From contig NC_000909.1 in NCBI RefSeq assembly GCF_000091665.1, forward strand, positions 593,581 to 625,580: a stretch of 32,000 bases of DNA. Direction: 5' to 3'. The stretch is from Methanocaldococcus jannaschii DSM 2661 (GTDB lineage Archaea; AGJL01; Methanococci; Methanococcales; Methanocaldococcaceae). The notes beneath the pieces are model-generated. The model made no database searches. It was not told the DNA's origin and was given only the letters and a program-made list of their open reading frames with translations. The position numbers were made by a program, and so were the translations under genes. This document shows positions 21,894-29,742 of the stretch, in pieces; the stretch's first letter is position 1; each line of letters starts with the position of its first letter.

Positions 21894-22901
21894 TTATTCA
21901 ATCATTGAGTTTGCTATTTTTATAAGCTCATTTTTATCCAATTTTCCAGCTATTATTACTTTTATTCCATTGTATTCAAACATTAACATTTTTACATCTC
22001 CACTGTCTGAAATTAATGCTTTAACTCCATTTTTTAATGTTATTAAATTGCTACCATTTTCAGGAATCGTTAAGGGTTTGTTGTCCTTACTTTCAATAAT
22101 TGCCAACTCCCCATTTTCTCCATAAGTTAAAATTACTGTCTCTGATTCTTCATTATTGGCATTTTGTTTTGTAGCCATTGCATTCTGCAATTCAAGCCCA
22201 GCAGTGTATTTTGGAACTAAGATTTTAAAGCTAACATCCTTTTGAACTTCATCTATATTTTTTGATGTTGTCATTGCTCCAGAACTCATCAATTTAGCTC
22301 CTTCTGGAGGAACAAACTTAAATCTATCATCTGGAACATCCACATTAAATTTAACGTTCTTATATTCTATTGTTACGCCATCCATCTCTATCTTCAGAGG
22401 TTGCCAATACTCTTCATCAACATACATCTTCATCTTTTCTTCAGGGTTTTCTTTAGAAATTAGCTCTAAAACATAACATTTTCTTCCATCATAAGTTTTT
22501 TCTCCAAGGTATGAAACATTAAATTTCTCAAGCATTGATTTTATAAACTTTCCGTAGTCAGGGTTAAACATATTATTTAATTCTCCTTTAATCTCCATCT
22601 TTGTGTATTGATTTTTCTTTTTATCATACATATAGTAAGTTTTCCCATCACAGACAATTAAAACATCATCATTTTCCATATAAAACTTATTTGGCTTTTC
22701 AAATGCATATTTGTATTGCATCGTCTCTGTCTGCCCCATTATGTTCGTTGTAATTAAAACATCTGCCTCCATTGACTTCATTGCCTCATACTTCTCCTGC
22801 ATCTTCTTTGCTATCTCATCTGCATTCATCTGCTGTGTGCATCCAGCAAAGAAAACGCCAACTATTAAAAATAAAGAAAGTATTAGATATTTGTAGTTCA
22901 T
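21894..22901 (-). CDS. Putative lipoprotein, LolA/outer-membrane lipoprotein-sorting-like fold
   Basis: Signal peptide with lipobox-like FFAGC, then NADEIAKKMQEKYEAMKSMEADVLITTNIMGQTETMQYKYAFEKPNKFYME. Confidence 0.7.
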   Translation of the reverse strand: MNYKYLILSLFLIVGVFFAGCTQQMNADEIAKKMQEKYEAMKSMEADVLITTNIMGQTETMQYKYAFEKPNKFYMENDDVLIVCDGKTYYMYDKKKNQYTKMEIKGELNNMFNPDYGKFIKSMLEKFNVSYLGEKTYDGRKCYVLELISKENPEEKMKMYVDEEYWQPLKIEMDGVTIEYKNVKFNVDVPDDRFKFVPPEGAKLMSSGAMTTSKNIDEVQKDVSFKILVPKYTAGLELQNAMATKQNANNEESETVILTYGENGELAIIESKDNKPLTIPENGSNLITLKNGVKALISDSGDVKMLMFEYNGIKVIIAGKLDKNELIKIANSMIE

Positions 22902-22930
22902 ATTTCCCCTCCCAGTTTAATAAAGTAAAG

Positions 22931-23042
22931 TATAGTTTCTTGCAAAACATTTTAGAATAAATAATACATTTATGAACACCTTCCAAAAGGAAGGTGTTCA
23001 AACCTTCCTTACGAACTTCAGTAACTTTTGCAAGAAACTATA
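22931..23042. mobile_element. MITE-like element, 112 bp, 17-bp perfect TIRs TATAGTTTCTTGCAAAA / TTTTGCAAGAAACTATA
   Basis: TIRs at 22931-22947 and 23026-23042. Central hairpin AACACCTTCC-aaaa-GGAAGGTGTT (22975-22998). AAAG flanks both ends. Confidence 0.65.
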
Positions 23043-23118
23043 AAAGTCCAAATTGGACAGAATTTTTTATTTTCACATTTATATTTAAATGTTTCTAAAA
23101 TTTCAAAGATGTGAAAAA

Positions 23119-23532
23119 ATGAATGTTAAGATAATAGTTGAGTTTATAAAAAAGTTCGCAGAAGAAAATAACTGTAAAAAAATAGCTGAGATTGGAATTG
23201 GATTTAAATTTGATGTTGCAAGAGAATTAAGTAAATATTTCGATTTGATAGCCATAGATATTAATGAAAAAGCTATTGAAAAAGCTAAATTGTTGGGATT
23301 AAATGCTTATAAAGATGATTTATTTAATCCAAATATAAGTTTATATAAAAATATTGATTTAATATATTCCATAAGACCTCCAAGAGATTTACAGCCGTAT
23401 ATTTTAGATTTATCAAAAAAAGTTAATGCAAATTTAATTATAAGACCTCTTTTGAATGAGATGCCAATAAAAGAGCTAAAACTAAAAAACTACAAAGGAG
23501 AAGTGTTTTATATAAAAGAAAAACAAATTTAA
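23119..23532 (+). CDS. UPF0146-like small Rossmann/SAM-type protein
   Basis: CKKIAEIGIGFKFDVARELSKYFDLIAIDINEKAIEKAK and LIYSIRPPRDLQPYI. The start was set at the internal Met, MNVKII. Confidence 0.75.
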   Translation: MNVKIIVEFIKKFAEENNCKKIAEIGIGFKFDVARELSKYFDLIAIDINEKAIEKAKLLGLNAYKDDLFNPNISLYKNIDLIYSIRPPRDLQPYILDLSKKVNANLIIRPLLNEMPIKELKLKNYKGEVFYIKEKQI

Positions 23533-23551
23533 GCTTTTAATTTCTTCCTTC
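23529..23551 (-). pseudogene. Displaced duplicate of rpl39e 3' end (RKKLKA*), 21/23 nt identical
   Basis: Aligned to 23627-23649. Both differences are synonymous (TTG/TTA and AAG/AAA). Confidence 0.85.
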
Positions 23552-23626
23552 GAAACTTTTAGTAAAAGTTTCATCAAAACTCGTCCATTAAGTTAGGGCT
23601 TTCAGCCCTAATTAATGTCCATTCAC
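23552..23626. mobile_element. 75-bp structured spacer after rpl39e containing module A (23552-23580) and hairpin module B (23582-23621)
   Basis: GAAACTTTTAGTAAAAGTTTCATCAAAAC, followed by CGTCCATTAAGTTAGGGCTTTCAGCCCTAATTAATGTCCA. Confidence 0.6.
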
Positions 23627-23782
23627 TTAAGCCTTCAATTTCTTCCTTCTCCAGTATCTCATTTTTGGGTGGAATCTAACTCTCCCTCTTGTTTTAACAA
23701 TGACAAACAATGGAACTCTTCTATTCTGCTTTAATGCTTTAGCCAATCTTACCTTCTTTCCTAATGGCTTGTTGCTTCCCAT
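23627..23782 (-). CDS. rpl39e: 50S ribosomal protein L39e (51 aa; missing from supplied ORF track)
   Basis: Translated directly: [54 protein letters not shown]-like GGTGAG lies just upstream. Confidence 0.97.
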   Translation of the reverse strand: MGSNKPLGKKVRLAKALKQNRRVPLFVIVKTRGRVRFHPKMRYWRRKKLKA

Positions 23783-23790
23783 CATCTCAC

Positions 23791-24393
23791 CTAAATCTCC
23801 TTTTTTAATCCAACAACCCTTGTTTGTTTATGTTCAGGGAAATATTTCTCTGGACTTTCTCCTCTCTCCTTCAATATATGTCTAATCTCTGCCTCGTAGT
23901 CAGAGCTCAACTTAGTTCCACTTTTTATCTCTTCTAATATAAAAAATTCACTTGCTAAATGCCTCAAAGTTTTATAACCAAAACCCATTAATGGGGTTAT
24001 ATATTGGATATTTTTCCTCATCTCTAAGCTCTGAATCTCTGAATAGCTAAGCTTTGGGACTCTATCATCTCTTCTTGTCCCATCCGCTAAAATGCTATAT
24101 TCATCAGCCAAAATTTCTAAGACAGTTTTATGAACATATTGTATTGCAGGGCCAGGATATTTATGTTCAATAATCATATCAGCAGCTTTTTCAACAATTT
24201 TTCTATCGAGAGTTATAACTTTATGCTTAAATCCTAAAATTTTAGCAGTTTCTTCAGCTAATTTATAAGAGGGAATAACACCAAAATTTATAGTTATTAG
24301 ATGAGGATTGTAACCAAGTTTTTTTAATATCACTGCAGAGAGGGAGCTATCTTTCCCTCCACTAAAGAGAACATGAACATCCATAAGTTTCAC
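23791..24393 (-). CDS. PP-loop (N-type ATP pyrophosphatase-like) protein
   Basis: [25 protein letters not shown]-loop motif and [16 protein letters not shown]. Confidence 0.8.
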   Translation of the reverse strand: MKLMDVHVLFSGGKDSSLSAVILKKLGYNPHLITINFGVIPSYKLAEETAKILGFKHKVITLDRKIVEKAADMIIEHKYPGPAIQYVHKTVLEILADEYSILADGTRRDDRVPKLSYSEIQSLEMRKNIQYITPLMGFGYKTLRHLASEFFILEEIKSGTKLSSDYEAEIRHILKERGESPEKYFPEHKQTRVVGLKKEI

Positions 24394-24719
24394 TTTCTAA
24401 CAATTTTAATTTCTCTCTTTCTCTTTGTCAATGCACTTATTCTCTCGAGTAAAGCTTTAAAGTCCTCATCACTCAATGGGATTGGTAATCTTCCAAGTTG
24501 AGCTAATTGGATTAGTTGGACTTCAACAGCTTCAGCAAATTCTGGTCTTGCCAATCTTATTCTCTCCAATCTCTCTCTTGCTTCAGGTGTTAATATTTTC
24601 CTTAATAAAGCTCTTTTTTGCATCTCCGCCTCTAATAATGCCTCTTCTTGCTGTTGTTGTTCAGCAAGCTTTTTTTGCAATTCAAGAAGCTTTTTTCTTT
24701 TAATTTCTTCAACATCCAT
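24390..24719 (-). CDS. PDCD5-family DNA-binding protein
   Basis: LEAEMQKRALLRKILTPEARERLERIRLARPEFAEAVEVQLIQLAQLGR. Confidence 0.93.
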   Translation of the reverse strand: MDVEEIKRKKLLELQKKLAEQQQQEEALLEAEMQKRALLRKILTPEARERLERIRLARPEFAEAVEVQLIQLAQLGRLPIPLSDEDFKALLERISALTKRKREIKIVRK

Positions 24720-24730
24720 TTAGCATCCCC

Positions 24731-25177
24731 TTAGTATTTAGCAAGAGCAGGGATTTCATTAATTATTTCATCCCTAACCTCTTTAGCAATGTTGTCTAAG
24801 AAACTTCTTCCTTTTGGAGTAACAACTCTTCCCTCAGGTGTCTTTTCAACTAAACCTAATTTTTCTAATTCTTGTAAAGCTTTTCTAATGATGTTTCCAC
24901 TACCTTTGTAGAAGTGTTCTGGTTCATGACCTCTGTTTTTTCTTCCTCCGTAAGCAGTTCTTAATCTTGAAACACCTACTGGGCCGTAAATATAGATTTT
25001 TCTTAAGATTGATGCACACCTTATATACCACCAGTCATCTTGGTCTGGTCTTCTCTCTCTGCTAACTCCTGTCTTAACAAAATCTACCCATTCTGGAACT
25101 CCTATATTCATCTCTTTTAATTTCTCAGCTGTCTTCTGAATTAACTTATCAGCTGGAACATCATAGACAGTTACCAT
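24731..25177 (-). CDS. rps19e: 30S ribosomal protein S19e
   Basis: [56 protein letters not shown]. Confidence 0.96.
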   Translation of the reverse strand: MVTVYDVPADKLIQKTAEKLKEMNIGVPEWVDFVKTGVSRERRPDQDDWWYIRCASILRKIYIYGPVGVSRLRTAYGGRKNRGHEPEHFYKGSGNIIRKALQELEKLGLVEKTPEGRVVTPKGRSFLDNIAKEVRDEIINEIPALAKY

Positions 25178-25422
25178 TTTTGCACCTCTCTTAATTATTT
25201 TTTAATTAATTTATTTTGATTTTCTTTCTAATCTATTTATTTTGTGTTTAAGATTATGAGTTTTTGTAGCATAAAATCTATTTAAGGATATGTAGTTTAA
25301 ACCAATAAAACAAGCTTAGTATTAATTTGATTAGGTTATATTTATATCTTATTATTATCGATAGATACATCTTTAGGTTTAAAATTTAACTCTATAAAAA
25401 AGAGAAGAGAGTTAAATATAAA

Positions 25423-25449
25423 AAATGGAGCCGGGGGTGAAATTTAAAC
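25423..25449 (-). pseudogene. Displaced duplicate of tRNA-Cys 3' end (acceptor arm + T-arm portion), 24/27 nt
   Basis: AAATGGAGCCGGGGGTGAAATTTAAAC versus 25577-25603 AAATGGAGCCGGGGGTGGGATTTGAAC. Confidence 0.92.
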
Positions 25450-25576
25450 GAAACTTTTAGTAAAAGTTTCATCAAAACGGATGCATTGCTTCCTAACGGA
25501 AGCAATGCCTCTTAATTTACACCTCCGAGCGTAAGCGAGGAGGTGTCAGATTTTGATGAAACTTTCTTAAAGTTTC
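25450..25576. mobile_element. 127-bp element between tRNA-Cys and its displaced 3' fragment; imperfect about 27-bp TIRs, two internal hairpins
   Basis: Left end GAAACTTTTAGTAAAAGTTTCATCAAAAC (25450-25478). Right end TTTTGATGAAACTTTCTTAAAGTTTC (25551-25576). Hairpins GCATTGCTTCC-taac-GGAAGCAATGC (25483-25508) and ACACCTCC...GGAGGTGT (25519-25546). Confidence 0.75.
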
Positions 25577-25579
25577 AAA

Positions 25580-25654
25580 TGGAGCCGGGGGTGGGATTTG
25601 AACCCACGTAAGGCGGATCTGCAGTCCGCTGCCTAGCCCCTAGACTACCCCGGC
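25580..25654 (-). tRNA. tRNA-Cys (GCA anticodon), CCA encoded
   Basis: GCCGGGGTAGTCTAGGGGCTAGGCAGCGGACTGCAGATCCGCCTTACGTGGGTTCAAATCCCACCCCCGGCT-CCA. Acceptor 7 bp, anticodon stem GCGGA/TCCGC, T-arm GTGGGTTCAAATCCCAC. Confidence 0.97.
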
Positions 25655-25717
25655 TCTTTCAAAACCTATGAGTTGCATACATAAACTATATAGAGGTAGT
25701 ATATAAATTTTATGGTT

Positions 25718-26335
25718 TTAACTTTTATAGTATTTGCTCCACAATATTCTTAAACATTCAATAACCATCCTTTTAGCAATCTCATCTAATGTATATGGTG
25801 TTATTGGCTCAAAATCTCTGATAAATTTCTCAGTTCCTACAACTATATGCCCCTCTTCATCTAAATTTAAAAATTTGGCTGGGCCTTTTGCATATTTGGC
25901 ATCACAAACCTTTATTTTTTCTTCTATACCAAATACCCCATTAGTTCCTATTGTTTTAATTCCTCTCTCTTTACAGTAGTTTATGATTGCCTTTGTTGTT
26001 GGGATTGTATCTCCACCAGCTATACATATCACTGCTACATCTCCCTTAATTAAATGAAGATTATCTTTAGTTATATTTTCTCTAAATGCCTCAACTCTAT
26101 TTCCAAAAAATCTCTTTATAAAATCTACTTTGTATTCCCCAACCTTTCCCCCTAATCTTCTATGGACAATATCATTTTCTTCTATTTTGGCATTATCAAA
26201 AACATAAACTTTTTCTACCCCACCTCTATGAACTTCTAATAAATCAAAAGCTACTCTAACACCCAATCTTCCGCATCCAATTATTGAAACTTCTCCTTTT
26301 GGCTTTAATTTTCTCTCCATCTCTTCAACGTTCAT
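25718..26335 (-). CDS. ThiF/MoeB/HesA-family (E1-like) Rossmann protein
   Basis: GEVSIIGCGRLGVRVAFDLLEVHRGGVEKVYVFDNAKIEENDIVHRR. The start was set at the internal Met, MNVEEMERK. Confidence 0.8.
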   Translation of the reverse strand: MNVEEMERKLKPKGEVSIIGCGRLGVRVAFDLLEVHRGGVEKVYVFDNAKIEENDIVHRRLGGKVGEYKVDFIKRFFGNRVEAFRENITKDNLHLIKGDVAVICIAGGDTIPTTKAIINYCKERGIKTIGTNGVFGIEEKIKVCDAKYAKGPAKFLNLDEEGHIVVGTEKFIRDFEPITPYTLDEIAKRMVIECLRILWSKYYKS

Positions 26336-26378
26336 AAATATCCCATCCAAACAGAACTTTTTTAGTAAGAAAGTATAA

Positions 26379-26485
26379 TAGTTTTTTGCAAAGTTATTAA
26401 AATTTATTAAGGAACATTGAACGCCTTCAAAGAAGGCGTTCATTATTATGCTTTACTAATATAAGACATTTTGCAAAAAACTATT
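26379..26485. mobile_element. MITE-like element, 107 bp, 16-bp perfect TIRs AATAGTTTTTTGCAAA / TTTGCAAAAAACTATT
   Basis: TIRs at 26379-26394 and 26470-26485. Central hairpin GAACGCCTTC-aaa-GAAGGCGTTC (26420-26442). Same architecture as 22931-23042. Confidence 0.65.
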
Positions 26486-26542
26486 TATTTAAGAAAATTT
26501 TAATGTTGTTCTATATATAAAAACTTATCAGGGGGGATTATT

Positions 26543-27787
26543 TTGATTTATGTTACTTTTACACCTTATGGAGCTTTTGGAGTTAAAGATAATAAAGAAG
26601 TTAGCGGATTGGAAGATATAGAGTATAAAAAATTGTTTAATGAGGAAGAAATTCCAGATATAATGTTTAAATTAAAAACTCAGCCAAATAAAATAGCAGA
26701 TGAGTTAAAAGAGGAATGGGGAGATGAGATTAAATTAGAAACACTTAGCACTGAACCATTCAATATAGGGGAGTTTTTAAGAAACAACTTATTTAAAGTT
26801 GGAAAAGAATTGGGATACTTCAACAACTATGATGAATTTAGAAAGAAGATGCATTATTGGAGCACTGAGCTAACAAAGAAAGTTATAAAGAGCTATGCTC
26901 AACAAAAGGATAAAATCATTATTCAAGTTGCAGAGGCAATATCTGATTTGGATAAAACTCTAAACTTGTTATCTGAGAGATTGAGAGAGTGGTATTCCCT
27001 CTACTTCCCAGAGTTAGACCACTTAGTTAATAAACATGAAGTTTATGCTAACCTAATAACAAAATTAGGAAAAAGGAAAAACTTTACCAAGAGTCAGCTA
27101 AAAAAAATCCTTCCTTCAAAATTAGCTGGGAAAATTGCTGAAGCCGCAAAAAATTCAATGGGAGGAGAATTGGAAGATTATGATTTAGATGTTATTGTTA
27201 AATTTGCTGAGGAAATAAATCACCTATATGAAAAAAGGAAGGAGCTATATAACTATTTAGAAAAATTGATGAACGAAGAAGCTCCAAATATTACAAAACT
27301 TGCTGGTGTTTCCTTAGGAGCGAGATTAATAGGTTTAGCTGGAGGATTGGAGAAATTGGCTAAGATGCCTGCTTCAACAATACAAGTTTTAGGTGCTGAG
27401 AAGGCTTTATTTGCCCATTTAAGGATGGGTGTGGAGCCTCCAAAACATGGTATAATATATAATCACCCTTTAATTCAAGGTTCTCCACACTGGCAAAGAG
27501 GGAAAATAGCAAGAGCTTTAGCATGTAAATTGGCTATAGCTGCAAGAGCTGATTATGTTGGGGATTATATTGCAGATGAACTTTTAGAAAAGTTAAATAA
27601 GAGAGTTGAAGAGATTAGAAGAAAGTATCCAAAACCACCAAAGAAAAAGAAGAAAGAGAAACCTAAAGCAAAGAAAAAAGAAAAGAAAGGTAAGAAAGAA
27701 AAATCAAAGAAAAAAAAGGATAAGAAAAAAGATAAAAAAGGTAAAAAAGAAAGGAAAGTTATAGGAAAAACAAAGAGTAGGAAATAA
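26543..27787 (+). CDS. nop5: C/D box snoRNP protein Nop5 (Nop56/58 family), TTG start
   Basis: GVSLGARLIGLAGGLEKLAKMPASTIQVLGAEKALFAHLRMGVEPPKHGIIYNHPLIQGSP and a Lys-rich KKKEK tail. Confidence 0.95.
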   Translation: MIYVTFTPYGAFGVKDNKEVSGLEDIEYKKLFNEEEIPDIMFKLKTQPNKIADELKEEWGDEIKLETLSTEPFNIGEFLRNNLFKVGKELGYFNNYDEFRKKMHYWSTELTKKVIKSYAQQKDKIIIQVAEAISDLDKTLNLLSERLREWYSLYFPELDHLVNKHEVYANLITKLGKRKNFTKSQLKKILPSKLAGKIAEAAKNSMGGELEDYDLDVIVKFAEEINHLYEKRKELYNYLEKLMNEEAPNITKLAGVSLGARLIGLAGGLEKLAKMPASTIQVLGAEKALFAHLRMGVEPPKHGIIYNHPLIQGSPHWQRGKIARALACKLAIAARADYVGDYIADELLEKLNKRVEEIRRKYPKPPKKKKKEKPKAKKKEKKGKKEKSKKKKDKKKDKKGKKERKVIGKTKSRK

Positions 27788-27892
27788 TTACTTTTTACGA
27801 TTTTTATTTTTTTCACGATAATGGACATACAGAACATACAATAATGCATCTATAACTACAATAGCAGTTGATATAATCCACATTTTATCCAT
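27788..27892 (-). CDS. 34-aa single-TM microprotein (not in ORF track)
   Basis: Translated directly: MDKMWIISTAIVVIDALLYVLYVHYREKNKNRKK*. GGGAG RBS-like motif lies upstream, and the stop directly abuts the convergent nop5 stop. Confidence 0.55.
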   Translation of the reverse strand: MDKMWIISTAIVVIDALLYVLYVHYREKNKNRKK

Positions 27893-27901
27893 ATTCTCCC
27901 A

Positions 27902-28228
27902 TTATTTTTGTCTTAGATGCTTTTCTATTATACCTTCAAGCTCTTCATCATATCTTAGGTAAATGTCTCTTACAAATATCAATCTAATTATTAATGGAAA
28001 TTTGCTAATTAATCTTATATATTTGTCTTCTATTTTATAGCCTTTAAATTCATCCCATTTATAAAAAGAAAATCCACATTCAATTCCATTCTCATAAATA
28101 TTAATTTTAACATTAATTAAAGAGTCAAAAATATCAAAAAGTGCGAGTTCTTCAAATGCTAAAACTTTCATAATAAAATTTGGAATAAATAAAAAGCTTT
28201 TTCCAAATCTAAATTCCCATAAGTTCAT
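27902..28228 (-). CDS. Hypothetical protein, paralogous at the C-terminus to the 28349-28897 product
   Basis: RDIYLRYDEELEGIIEKHL resembles QRIYLKYDEEIENIIKNQI of the neighbour. Confidence 0.7.
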   Translation of the reverse strand: MNLWEFRFGKSFLFIPNFIMKVLAFEELALFDIFDSLINVKINIYENGIECGFSFYKWDEFKGYKIEDKYIRLISKFPLIIRLIFVRDIYLRYDEELEGIIEKHLRQK

Positions 28229-28352
28229 TTAAGCTTTTTAGTAATTTTCCTCTATTAATTGATAAAAATTTTATAAAATCCCAAAATCCAAAGACAATCA
28301 ATCCCATGAGATAAATTAAAGTTATTGCTAAAATACATAACAAAAAATTCAT
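28209..28352 (-). CDS. 47-aa membrane small ORF overlapping both neighbours (not in ORF track)
   Basis: Translated directly: MNFLLCILAITLIYLMGLIVFGFWDFIKFLSINRGKLLKSLNELMGI*. ATGA stop/start overlap with the upstream gene and a 20-nt overlap with the downstream gene. Confidence 0.6.
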   Translation of the reverse strand: MNFLLCILAITLIYLMGLIVFGFWDFIKFLSINRGKLLKSLNELMGI

Positions 28353-28897
28353 GCTTTATCCCTAAATTTTTCTATCTGGTTTTTAATGATGTTTTCAATT
28401 TCTTCATCATATTTTAAATAAATTCTTTGAAGTAAGTAAAGTTTTCGTCCTAATATTTTCTTTTTCTTTCCGAACAATACGATAAACCCATCATCTTTTT
28501 TAACATTCTCAATATTTTTCCAACTTATAAATTTATTACTATAATAAATTCCATCATCACACAAATAGACAGAAATTTCTTTGTTAAATGCTTTCCATAT
28601 AATAATCATTGATATAATAATAAGAATTTCTGCAATTATTGAAGTTATTGAAACTGGACAATTATAAACCACATACAATAAAATATTAAAGGAAATTAAA
28701 GCAATAATCATAAATCCAAACAATATAGGCATTGCTTTCTTATCAAACTCTGCCTTTTTACCTTCAATCAAATTAAGATAGTGCATTTTAACTCTTTTAA
28801 AAATCCTACTTTTAATTTTTGGTTGCATATTTGTTATTTTATAGGAGATAAAGCTATTAATTAAAAATGCAATTGCAATAAATAGTATAGACTCCAC
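28349..28897 (-). CDS. Hypothetical membrane protein (multi-TM)
   Basis: MESILFIAIAFLINSFISY and FGFMIIALISFNILLYVVY...IIAEILIIISMIIIW hydrophobic segments. Confidence 0.7.
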   Translation of the reverse strand: MESILFIAIAFLINSFISYKITNMQPKIKSRIFKRVKMHYLNLIEGKKAEFDKKAMPILFGFMIIALISFNILLYVVYNCPVSITSIIAEILIIISMIIIWKAFNKEISVYLCDDGIYYSNKFISWKNIENVKKDDGFIVLFGKKKKILGRKLYLLQRIYLKYDEEIENIIKNQIEKFRDKA

Positions 28898-28965
28898 AAT
28901 ACCACCATATATGCATATAAGTTATTATTTATATTGCATTAGATTTATTATTTTTTGGTGATAAA

Positions 28966-29658
28966 ATGGAAGACATTAAAATCAAAGAGATTTTTGAAAA
29001 CATCTATGAAGTTGATTTAGGAGATGGCTTAAAAAGAATAGCAACAAAATCTATTGTTAAGGGAAAAAAAGTATATGATGAAAAAATAATAAAAATTGGA
29101 GATGAAGAGTATAGAATTTGGAATCCAAATAAAAGTAAGTTGGCAGCTGCAATAATTAAAGGTTTAAAGGTTATGCCAATAAAAAGAGATTCAAAAATCT
29201 TATACTTAGGAGCTTCAGCTGGAACTACACCATCTCACGTTGCAGATATTGCTGATAAAGGCATTGTATATGCCATAGAGTATGCACCAAGGATTATGAG
29301 AGAGCTTTTAGATGCATGTGCTGAGAGGGAAAACATAATCCCAATTTTAGGAGATGCAAATAAACCTCAAGAATATGCAAATATTGTTGAAAAGGTAGAT
29401 GTTATCTATGAGGATGTTGCTCAGCCAAATCAAGCGGAGATTTTAATTAAAAATGCTAAGTGGTTTTTAAAGAAAGGCGGTTATGGAATGATAGCAATAA
29501 AGGCAAGGAGTATAGATGTTACAAAAGACCCAAAAGAGATTTTTAAAGAACAAAAAGAAATTTTAGAGGCAGGAGGTTTTAAAATAGTTGATGAGGTAGA
29601 TATTGAGCCGTTTGAAAAAGACCACGTCATGTTTGTAGGTATTTGGGAGGGAAAATAA
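28966..29658 (+). CDS. flpA: Fibrillarin-like rRNA/tRNA 2'-O-methyltransferase
   Basis: YLGASAGTTPSHVADI, VYAIEYAPRIMRELLDAC, VIYEDVAQPNQ, and DHVMFVGIWEGK*. Confidence 0.95.
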   Translation: MEDIKIKEIFENIYEVDLGDGLKRIATKSIVKGKKVYDEKIIKIGDEEYRIWNPNKSKLAAAIIKGLKVMPIKRDSKILYLGASAGTTPSHVADIADKGIVYAIEYAPRIMRELLDACAERENIIPILGDANKPQEYANIVEKVDVIYEDVAQPNQAEILIKNAKWFLKKGGYGMIAIKARSIDVTKDPKEIFKEQKEILEAGGFKIVDEVDIEPFEKDHVMFVGIWEGK

Positions 29659-29742
29659 CATAAAATTGGACATTAATTGGGGCTAAAAGCCCCAACTTAA
29701 TGGACGGGAGGTATCCCAATAGGAGGTCTCCTCCTATGGTTG
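29659..29742. mobile_element. 84-bp structured spacer after fibrillarin; module B hairpin (29667-29706) plus a second hairpin (29719-29737)
   Basis: TGGACATTAATTGGGGCTAAAAGCCCCAACTTAATGGACG, and ATAGGAGG-tct-CCTCCTAT. Confidence 0.55.

Noticed and set aside
25423-25449. Possible second tRNA-Cys gene
   Set aside because: Only the 3' acceptor and part of the T-arm are present, and the T-stem is broken. There is no anticodon or D-arm.
25450-25576. Interpreting the tRNA-Cys insert as an ordinary IS/MITE with a 27-bp target-site duplication
   Set aside because: The related loci have direct repeats of 23 to 60 nt, and their differences are confined largely to synonymous sites. A simple target-site duplication would not produce that.
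27565-27849. 94-aa minus-strand ORF antisense to the nop5 3' end
   Set aside because: Its Phe/Ser-rich composition is the mirror image of the Lys-rich Nop5 tail. The in-frame 34-aa ORF at 27788-27892 is a better candidate for this strand.
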